In this document: positions 51,606-59,419 of the stretch, piece by piece
How positions within the stretch are numbered: position 1 is the first letter of the stretch
Layout of the letters: each line of letters starts with the position of its first letter
NCBI GenBank assembly: GCA_030599585.1
Contig: JAUVNS010000017.1
Coordinates: forward strand, 28,471 to 92,470
DNA from: Promethearchaeota archaeon
GTDB lineage: Archaea; Asgardarchaeota; Lokiarchaeia; Sigyniarchaeales; SOKP01
DNA: 64,000 nucleotides
Direction of reading: 5' to 3'
Translations under genes and position numbers: made by a program
The notes under the pieces: model-generated
Seen by the model: only the letters and a program-made list of their open reading frames with translations
The model's database searches: none
Told to the model about the DNA's origin: nothing

Positions 51606-53828
51606 CTATAGATAAAAAGGTATTTTAAAGTCAAAAGAATCCAAATTATATTGAATCCCTTTCTGAAGTGTTGATCTAGCAAAATGTAGGGGAAATGGTA
51701 GTTTTGTTTCGTTTCTCACTAATGCTGGATTAAATCTGGTGAATTTAAACACTTTTTCTAAAATTTCGTTAATATTATTCGACTTGGAAGCTAAATTTCT
51801 AATTTTAATACATGATGGAGTACCGATTTTTGTTTTGGAAGTTATAATATGACCGCTTTGGTTGTTTAGAATCACTCCAGATCCTGGTTTAGGAGGATAT
51901 ATCATCCACTTCTTATTATCATCTTGTTCAAATAACCTAACTAAGGAGGTATATTTTATACTTATAATGCTATAATCTTTTATTTTAATTAATTCTTCAA
52001 TTGACTCTAGTATATTACTTGTGATAGATCCAAATACATATATTAAAATTTTTGAATACTCTGATAACTTACGCTTTAATAAAAGGAAAAACTCTTCTTT
52101 GAATCTTTCCGGTTCTTTATCGATATATCTCCCTTCTATAAAATCTCCTTGATTTGTAAAAAATAATAAAGATGATACTATATGATTTTTAAAAAATTTA
52201 ACATTTAAACCAACTATTATTTCATTTTTTCTATGGACTTCTTCTAAAATCCATGTTTTACCTCCAGATTTTAAATATATTTGAAGATATATCAATGATC
52301 TTAAAGGTCCATATCCTAAGTTATTTAAAGTATTTAGATTAATTGATTGATTTGGAATGTCTTTTTCAATTAAAAAAGCTTTAACATTATTATATATTTC
52401 TAGATGTTCCATGTCAACAATTATAACATAGAAATGATAATTCGTTGATTCTTCACTCTTAACAATCTTTTTTACATCTTCTAAGTTCCTTATTTTAGAT
52501 TTTGTTAATTTTATGTTTTTTACTTTTGAAAATGACTGATAAGTCTCAATTTTATTATGTTTCGATTCTGAACTTCTTAAAAGATTTTCGATTACATTCA
52601 ACGATTTATCTGATTTAAAATATAATAAATGAAAAAATAAGAATTCTTTTCCATTACAACTTGAACTATAAAATCCTTTATCATTATATTCAATAGAGGG
52701 GAATTCTGTACTGATGTCGTCCCTTAATAAATAAGTAGGATTATTAAGTTCAACCTTTTCTATATCAGATGAATTTTCACTTAAAATTCCTTCTGGGATT
52801 ATAGGAAAATTTATGTCTCTTATATCAGATATAACATTCGAATACTCATCTTTTATCAACTTAAATCTTTCAAAAGGTTTTGGTTGAATTTTTCTCATTA
52901 GACTCTTTGCATCCGAACCTGCATCACTAGTGTCGGGAATAACCCTTATTATGTCTAATGGATAAGAATATACTTTTTCAGGATTATTCCAAAAGAATTT
53001 TTGAATGATAGGTTCTTTATCTATAATTTTATCACTGATAAGACCAGTTGCACAGATTTTTTCATTTTTATAATAATCTATTAAATCTATTACGGTTTTA
53101 CTAGGATTTTCATTAACAAATTTTAAATCTCTAATATTACCGAAATAAGAAGGATAATTCAATTCACATATACCAAAAGGATTTAAATAATCAGGGCAAT
53201 TTTGCACGCAACATATCTTTTCTGTATTTTTATCGCTATAATAGTCTACTTTATTTTGGTCCCATAAATCTCTTAGTGTACTCTCTGAGAAAAATTTTGA
53301 TTTTGGTTCAATTATTATTCCCACAGAAGATTCAGAATTTAATAATATAGGTTTATATCTAAAACCTAGATGGACATGTATTATTCCAAATTTTTCGTCA
53401 ATTTCAGGAGAAGTCGCTTGATATACATTTTTTCCGTATTCTTCATATACAATATAATTATCTTCCCTATTTCTTAACACAACAGCGATTCTTTCACCGA
53501 TATATCTTAAAAAAAGCGTTTTAATTTCTAAATTTTTAATTGCTTTATTCAGACTGATTTTGATCCTTGAGACCTGACTATGGTCAATATTTAGATTCTT
53601 CTGGAGAAGAAATTCTAAAAGATTAATTTTATCTAAGATATCGACATCTGAAATAATAGAATTTCCATATTGGAAAATTGTAATTGTTTTGTATTTTTTT
53701 CTTAGTTTTTTTACTAAATAACCAATAGTTCTATATGTATTTTCTTCAATATGTTCTAAATGATAGGAATATAAGTTTAGAGAATAATCACTTAATTTTT
53801 TTAATTTAACAATATTCGTTAAAAGAAT
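51606..53828 (-). CDS. Long prokaryotic Argonaute (N-L1-PAZ-L2-MID-PIWI), catalytically inactive; ~740 aa if ATT start (track start 53480)
   Basis: PAZ-like DLIDYY...YSYPLD. MID YNNVK...IPNQSI...LQIYLKSGGKTWIL. PIWI IIVGLNV, VRLF, PKPGS, GTPSCI, KLPFPLHFA and C-terminal PFYL. Frame is open without a stop to 53840. Confidence 0.88.
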   Translation of the reverse strand: MLLTNIVKLKKLSDYSLNLYSYHLEHIEENTYRTIGYLVKKLRKKYKTITIFQYGNSIISDVDILDKINLLEFLLQKNLNIDHSQVSRIKISLNKAIKNLEIKTLFLRYIGERIAVVLRNREDNYIVYEEYGKNVYQATSPEIDEKFGIIHVHLGFRYKPILLNSESSVGIIIEPKSKFFSESTLRDLWDQNKVDYYSDKNTEKICCVQNCPDYLNPFGICELNYPSYFGNIRDLKFVNENPSKTVIDLIDYYKNEKICATGLISDKIIDKEPIIQKFFWNNPEKVYSYPLDIIRVIPDTSDAGSDAKSLMRKIQPKPFERFKLIKDEYSNVISDIRDINFPIIPEGILSENSSDIEKVELNNPTYLLRDDISTEFPSIEYNDKGFYSSSCNGKEFLFFHLLYFKSDKSLNVIENLLRSSESKHNKIETYQSFSKVKNIKLTKSKIRNLEDVKKIVKSEESTNYHFYVIIVDMEHLEIYNNVKAFLIEKDIPNQSINLNTLNNLGYGPLRSLIYLQIYLKSGGKTWILEEVHRKNEIIVGLNVKFFKNHIVSSLLFFTNQGDFIEGRYIDKEPERFKEEFFLLLKRKLSEYSKILIYVFGSITSNILESIEELIKIKDYSIISIKYTSLVRLFEQDDNKKWMIYPPKPGSGVILNNQSGHIITSKTKIGTPSCIKIRNLASKSNNINEILEKVFKFTRFNPALVRNETKLPFPLHFARSTLQKGIQYNLDSFDFKIPFYL

Positions 53829-53845
53829 AATAAAATCGCCTCATT

Positions 53846-54529
53846 CTACTCTTTAAACTCTAGAAAATTGATTTTTAACCTAAGATTTTTATTTCTTTTT
53901 TTTATAAAATTTGAAAGGATATCATATATTAAATAAATCCCATAATTCAGGGGAATATAGGTGCATTTCTCTTTCTTCAAAGTTTTATCTAGGTTAGAAA
54001 TATAAAGGATAATTGGTTCAGATTCCGTAATAAGTGGTTTCATTTGACTTCTAATTGAGAATGAGTCATTTGTTATATTTAAATGAGTTTGTATTAATGA
54101 ACTTTTAAAAGTCGACAATAAGATTTTTTTGTTGTCATCTACTGAAATACATTCATATGTCCCAAGAGATTCTAAGCTGTTTAAAAGAACTTCATTAAGA
54201 CTTTCAAAATTTAAAGAAGATTCATCAGTATAATTAATAATTTGACCAGAAATAAGATTTTGGTATGAAATTAATTCATTTTTGATAGGATAATATTCAA
54301 GTTTAGGAGTAGATTTTGAAAGAAAATTTTGTGTATTTGGATAATAAGTTATCTTCTCATGAGCAGTTAGTTCTTTCAAAATTTGTTCAATAATTTCTTT
54401 AAATTTAACTAGATTTTGAACTAAGATATTTTTATCTATTAAATATCTGAGTATGTCATTAATGTTTCCTTTCTGATATTCTTCAATATATTCAATTACA
54501 AAATCTCTATAATCTTCCGTTCTGATCAC
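53846..54529 (-). CDS. Hypothetical protein with probable N-terminal winged helix, in the Argonaute operon
   Basis: Helix-helix-helix-wing pattern (FVIEYI...NINDILRYL...IEQILKEL..HEKITY). Ends 17 nt before the extended Argonaute start. Confidence 0.55.
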   Translation of the reverse strand: MIRTEDYRDFVIEYIEEYQKGNINDILRYLIDKNILVQNLVKFKEIIEQILKELTAHEKITYYPNTQNFLSKSTPKLEYYPIKNELISYQNLISGQIINYTDESSLNFESLNEVLLNSLESLGTYECISVDDNKKILLSTFKSSLIQTHLNITNDSFSIRSQMKPLITESEPIILYISNLDKTLKKEKCTYIPLNYGIYLIYDILSNFIKKRNKNLRLKINFLEFKE

Positions 54530-54566
54530 TCTCTTTAGTTTAATATAATTGCATTAGTTTAAAAAC

Positions 54567-55868
54567 TTATATGACATAATCATCTGGAAGTTGACCGAGA
54601 AATCTATTGTCTGATGTATTCTTTACAATTAACAATTTTATATTCCCTGATTTTACCGAATTATAATTGTTTATGTACCATTTTTTTATTTGATCAATAT
54701 ATCCTTGAGTATCAATCTCTTTAACAAGAAAACCGCGATAACTTTTCCCCTTCGAATCAAAGAAGGTTAATGGAGGACCCGAATTTTCTTTTTTTTCTAG
54801 ATAGACATCAACAATTTTATATTCATTCAATTTATTTCTTTTATTTTCTCGAATTTGATGAACTTCGTACCATTGTTCTATTGGATAATAATGAATTACA
54901 TTAAATGTTATTATTTTTTCCTCTTCAAACTCCCATTTACGATTCTTATTATAAAAAAATACTATGGGTGTAATGGTTTCTTTAGAAAGATTAATTTTAT
55001 AAATATTAAATTGAACAGGAATTTCGTTTAGAGAGAAAATATCTTTTCTAGATTTAATATCTGCCAGAAGTGAGCCAACTCCAATGTTTTGAATTACTTG
55101 GTTTGACCAATAATAGTAATCATGCTTATGTCCAGAAAAAATTAAGTTTATTCTATTTTCTTCTAAAAAATTTATGCTTATCTTATTTTGTGCAAGATTT
55201 TCTAATGGATGATGACAAATTAAGAACTTATTCATACATTCAAAAACTCTTTGGCCATAGATTCTTTCTAATTCTTTGATAAGTTCTGATAAATCTTTTC
55301 TTAATAATACTCCTACATCCAAAAATTGTTTATCTAAATATTTATTAATATCTTTTACATTAAGATCTTTAATTTCTTCGTCGATATATCTTTTTTCAAT
55401 ATTCTTACAGGAATTTATAGCAATAAATATTGAATTATATTCTTTTAAATACTCAAAGCTAGCTTGATTTTCCTTAAAGTTCTTTGATAATTTAGTTTTA
55501 AATTTTTTCTTATTTTTTTTCATGAAATTTATAAAATCATTAAACTGTGAATTTGATTCTATAGAATCACGGTTTAAATCGTGGTTACCATTAGCGATGC
55601 ATATTGGTATTTTATTCTCAATAAATATATGAAGAAAATCTTTCAAATGCTCATTATGAAGATCAACTACTTTACCTTTGGATGTTATATCTCCAGATAT
55701 CATTACCAGTTTAATTGAATATTCAGAAATGACTTTTTTTATCGTGTCTTTTAAAAGCGAATAAAACTCGGTAAAAGAAGTTCTAAAAGTTGATTCATTA
55801 GCTATAGATTTAACTCCAAAATGTAAATCTGAAATATGAATGATGCTATAGATTATATTATGATTCAT
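54567..55868 (-). CDS. Calcineurin-like metallophosphoesterase with unknown C-terminal domain
   Basis: HISDLH, SGDIT, GNHD, CHHP and SGHKH all intact. Confidence 0.9.
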   Translation of the reverse strand: MNHNIIYSIIHISDLHFGVKSIANESTFRTSFTEFYSLLKDTIKKVISEYSIKLVMISGDITSKGKVVDLHNEHLKDFLHIFIENKIPICIANGNHDLNRDSIESNSQFNDFINFMKKNKKKFKTKLSKNFKENQASFEYLKEYNSIFIAINSCKNIEKRYIDEEIKDLNVKDINKYLDKQFLDVGVLLRKDLSELIKELERIYGQRVFECMNKFLICHHPLENLAQNKISINFLEENRINLIFSGHKHDYYYWSNQVIQNIGVGSLLADIKSRKDIFSLNEIPVQFNIYKINLSKETITPIVFFYNKNRKWEFEEEKIITFNVIHYYPIEQWYEVHQIRENKRNKLNEYKIVDVYLEKKENSGPPLTFFDSKGKSYRGFLVKEIDTQGYIDQIKKWYINNYNSVKSGNIKLLIVKNTSDNRFLGQLPDDYVI

Positions 55869-56251
55869 TTGTCCTTAGTTAATTAATATAAACTCATTTT
55901 CTTGTTCTATGCTTAATTATTATTCCAATTATTTAATTCTTTCGTGCAGACACATTGAATTATCATTTTAAAATACATAACCGACAAAAAACTTAATTCT
56001 TCTGATTTTTCTAAATATTTAATTTAATTCTAGTGAAAATAGATTAGATTTCTAATACTAAAAGAAAATTCCTATAACTGTTCCTTTCGTTCTATATCTC
56101 AAAATGTTTTGTATCATAATCCCTCCAGATAGTTTAATTATATGCTAATAATTCGTAGATTTTTGCATTTAATTCCCTTTTAATTACTTTTCTTCTACAA
56201 GATCTTACGAATTTTATTTTTCATCAATTAAAATTTCTAATATCCTACTGC

Positions 56252-57148
56252 TTAAAATTTCTCAATGTCTAAAATTGATTTTAGACCTGAGCGTCTTAAA
56301 TTTTGATCCAAATTTCCAAATTTTTGCTGGTATATTTCTAAATTATCGAATATTTCATTTGCAAATTGAGTTCTCTCGTTAACTAATGATTCAATTTGAA
56401 GTTTTTTTTGAAGATCTTTCAAGAATTGTGGAACCTCTGAAATCAGGTCAATAATATCACGGATATTAATTCCATGAACCCCTCCATATAAGCATTCTAG
56501 TGTATAATTAAAAAATTCATTCCGATTTATGTTGCTTCTTTTTAGAACATCATTTGCACCCATTAAATCAAAAATACCTTCTTGTTCTTTTCGAGAAGGG
56601 AGATTTATATTTCCGGTTTCATACTTACCGGGTGCTATAAACAAAATAGCATAGCCCAAATTCTGTATTTCTAAAGGATGAGGTATATAATGTTCAGATG
56701 TGTAATTCATTCTCTCTCTTAGATTCTTTCTATATTCTTTTATAAATTGATAAGAATCATTATCTCTACTATCGTGAAATAAGTTCCACAACTCTTCTCC
56801 AATACTATCATACTCTGAATAGTCTTTAATAAGTTTAATTCCTCTCGCATATCCTTCTCTTTTGCAAAATTTTGGAAAATCTTTTTGATTAATCTTAATA
56901 ACTAACCCTTCTAGACATCCTTGCTTCAGTTCCTTATTTATAACACTTCCTTTAAGCTTATAAAAAAAGTCCAAATCCATAAATATATTATTGTTTGAAG
57001 GCTTCGCAAAACCTCGTTTAGCTTTAATTTGAGCCCTAAAAGCATCCAATATCTTTATTTTATTCAGAATTCCTGTACCGTTTCTATAAAGACCATGAAA
57101 ACTCATAAGAGAACCATAACCAAAAATCAATTCTGTTTTATTATTCAA
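56252..57148 (-). CDS. Gamma-glutamylcyclotransferase (GGCT/ChaC)-like protein
   Basis: N-terminal IFGYGSLM and later KREGY. Confidence 0.6.
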   Translation of the reverse strand: MNNKTELIFGYGSLMSFHGLYRNGTGILNKIKILDAFRAQIKAKRGFAKPSNNNIFMDLDFFYKLKGSVINKELKQGCLEGLVIKINQKDFPKFCKREGYARGIKLIKDYSEYDSIGEELWNLFHDSRDNDSYQFIKEYRKNLRERMNYTSEHYIPHPLEIQNLGYAILFIAPGKYETGNINLPSRKEQEGIFDLMGANDVLKRSNINRNEFFNYTLECLYGGVHGINIRDIIDLISEVPQFLKDLQKKLQIESLVNERTQFANEIFDNLEIYQQKFGNLDQNLRRSGLKSILDIEKF

Positions 57149-57252
57149 CTCAATTCTACTCCAAACTTTTTTTAATTAACAGAAATTGTCCATAAATCAC
57201 TTCTTATTGCTATTACAGCTAATTATTTATTATGGAATTGAGACTTTTTACT

Positions 57253-57624
57253 CTAGAGGTTCTTCTTCTTATAATCTAAAATGGTTTTATATTCTTTATC
57301 GAATTCGGCTTCACTTAGTAGCACGAGATCAAATTTTCCTCCTTGTTTGAAGTCCAAATGAACGACGTTGTAATTACTCCCTGGAAATACTCTTTCGAGG
57401 GGAAAATTGCTTTTCAACACGGTCATCAAGTCAGGGTAGAAATTCTTCTGTAATGGATTTCCTGCAACAGCAAAAATTACATCCATATCACTGTCTGGTC
57501 TGTATTTCTTTTTAGCTCGCGATCCCGCTTGAGCGATTTTAGAGATTTTTAAATTGGAACTTTTCATTACGTTAACGATAGATTTCCATTTAGAATGGTA
57601 AAAATTTTCATCTGGATATGTCAT
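57253..57624 (-). CDS. Minimal Pol-beta-superfamily nucleotidyltransferase
   Basis: AGSRAK.....DSDMDVIF and third aspartate in FDLVL. Confidence 0.85.
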   Translation of the reverse strand: MTYPDENFYHSKWKSIVNVMKSSNLKISKIAQAGSRAKKKYRPDSDMDVIFAVAGNPLQKNFYPDLMTVLKSNFPLERVFPGSNYNVVHLDFKQGGKFDLVLLSEAEFDKEYKTILDYKKKNL

Positions 57625-57715
57625 GTATTAAAATAAGGGAAATATGTATATTAACTTAATGAAGAATAGAGGAATTTAATTTATAATACTACTTCAAAAG
57701 ACAAGTGGAGTTAAA

Positions 57716-58612
57716 ATGGATATCAAATCGGAAGGAAAAACACTTTTAGACAGTCATAAGAAGCTGTACAAGCAGCTTATTGAAATCCCCGAGAAAAGAG
57801 AAATGATATTTATTGAAGAAATAGAAGTGGGCGTTAAAGTCGGTAAACCTCGTTTTAAAAATCCCAAATATCAATGGCCTACGAGTTTACTTGTCGATGT
57901 GAGAGATCATCTACAAAACATTAGGAATTTTTTTGATAAGTATTCTTACTGGTTTGACGACACTCTGATACCGTTATTGAATACAGACGAAAGGAGAATT
58001 TCAAAAAAATCTATCATATTTCTCTTAGAGGAAGATGTGTGGTACACTGATGAAGTTTATGGACAATATCTCATAGAAGAAAGTCAAGATGGGATAACAA
58101 TTAGTTACTCCCGAAGAGGGAGAAAAATGAATCAAATTACTTTAAAATCGAAGGATGCTTCTGTGATAAAAGATTGGATTTGTAAAGATGCAAAAAACCA
58201 AATAGAGAACCAATTCAAATTCTTATGGGGAAAAATAGAAACAGAGATACAAGTATGTCTTGACGAGACTTTTCATAAGCAACCAAAATTAACCCTCAAA
58301 CCAGATTATATAAAAAACCAACTCGAAAAAACAATAACGATTTGTGAACAATGGGCAGAAGCTGGATTGTTAAACTTAGGGAGAATAATAGAACTCTGGT
58401 TATTAACTAGTTTGGGAAAAAAAAGTGTCTTTCGTGGTGAAGATATTATTAGAGAAGCAGAGATTGCTGGCATATTAGACAAACACGGTGTAAAACTCTT
58501 AAGGAATATTAAAACTAATTACAATAACTTGAAGCACAAAACCTACTATACAATTGAGAATGAGGATATAAAAACAATGGTAGAACGTTTTTCTAATCTA
58601 TTCAACTCTTAA
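57716..58612 (+). CDS. Hypothetical protein with C-terminal DUF4145/HEPN-like helical domain
   Basis: AGLLNLGRIIELWL...IIREA...GIL...LRNIKTNYNNLKH; canonical RxxxxH Arg replaced by Tyr. Confidence 0.55.
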   Translation: MDIKSEGKTLLDSHKKLYKQLIEIPEKREMIFIEEIEVGVKVGKPRFKNPKYQWPTSLLVDVRDHLQNIRNFFDKYSYWFDDTLIPLLNTDERRISKKSIIFLLEEDVWYTDEVYGQYLIEESQDGITISYSRRGRKMNQITLKSKDASVIKDWICKDAKNQIENQFKFLWGKIETEIQVCLDETFHKQPKLTLKPDYIKNQLEKTITICEQWAEAGLLNLGRIIELWLLTSLGKKSVFRGEDIIREAEIAGILDKHGVKLLRNIKTNYNNLKHKTYYTIENEDIKTMVERFSNLFNS

Positions 58613-59089
58613 TAGGTTTTTTTTTTCTTGTTCTACTCTACATCTGACACATAAATTATTTTTGGCTAATAATCTATCTTCTTTAACGATAGTTAAACCA
58701 AAGCATTTGCAGCACATAGTTTCGTATCTTCTACTTTCTCTTAAATCCTTTATCTTATAATCAGGATTAATCCCCATTAATAAAAATTCTCTCCTTCTTT
58801 CCCTTTCTGTTTTATCTATTCCAAGTTCACTTAAAATACCTAATAATTCATAAATTTTTGCTCCATTTGGACTTAAGGCATAATAGTATTTTCCATCTTT
58901 AAAAGCCCTCATTACATATCCACTCTTTACTAGACTTTTAAGAGAATTATGTAGCGTATTTTTCTTTTTTAATTCCTTTCTAAGTTGAATTTCTGGAATT
59001 GGAGATAAATCTTTCTTTCTAAATGTTAGAAAATATAGTTGTACAATAATTTGTTTTTGAAGTTGAGAAAGTGTTAAATCTATTTTCAT
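58598..59089 (-). CDS. Winged-helix protein with C-terminal zinc finger
   Basis: LHNSLKSLVKSGYV....YYALSPNG; CCKC...CVRC. Confidence 0.7.
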   Translation of the reverse strand: MKIDLTLSQLQKQIIVQLYFLTFRKKDLSPIPEIQLRKELKKKNTLHNSLKSLVKSGYVMRAFKDGKYYYALSPNGAKIYELLGILSELGIDKTERERRREFLLMGINPDYKIKDLRESRRYETMCCKCFGLTIVKEDRLLAKNNLCVRCRVEQEKKNLLRVE

Positions 59090-59419
59090 ATAACTCTAAA
59101 AGAGTAATTACGTCATTTATTTCAATTTATTTATTTGTAAATAAATAAGATATATAAATTAAATTACTCAACTTAAAACCTCTTAATATCAACTAAATCC
59201 CCTAATGGCTGTTTGAAAGATCTGTGGAATTCCAATTTTTTCCTTAATATCTTCTGTAATTAGAACCCGCCTCCCCCGTGGTGCCCCATCCTAAAAGAGT
59301 AGAGGTGGAATAGAATTTTTTTTTAAAAAATTAAAGATTTAAAAAAATAATTATTATTAGAATAAAAAATCTAATATTTTATCTGAGATTTATCATTTAA
59401 AGTTTCTCAAATTTGCTAC

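Noticed and set aside
48500-56200. CRISPR array or cas operon near the Cas4-like gene
   Set aside because: No regularly spaced repeats and no cas1/cas2 seen.
57253-57624. CBASS call for the nucleotidyltransferase
   Set aside because: Too short (no C-terminal lobe) and no adjacent recognised CBASS effector.
59190-59310. GC-rich patch (cccgcctcccccgtggtgccccatcc) as a possible tRNA/att remnant
   Set aside because: No cloverleaf or T-loop consensus, and no second copy found by eye.
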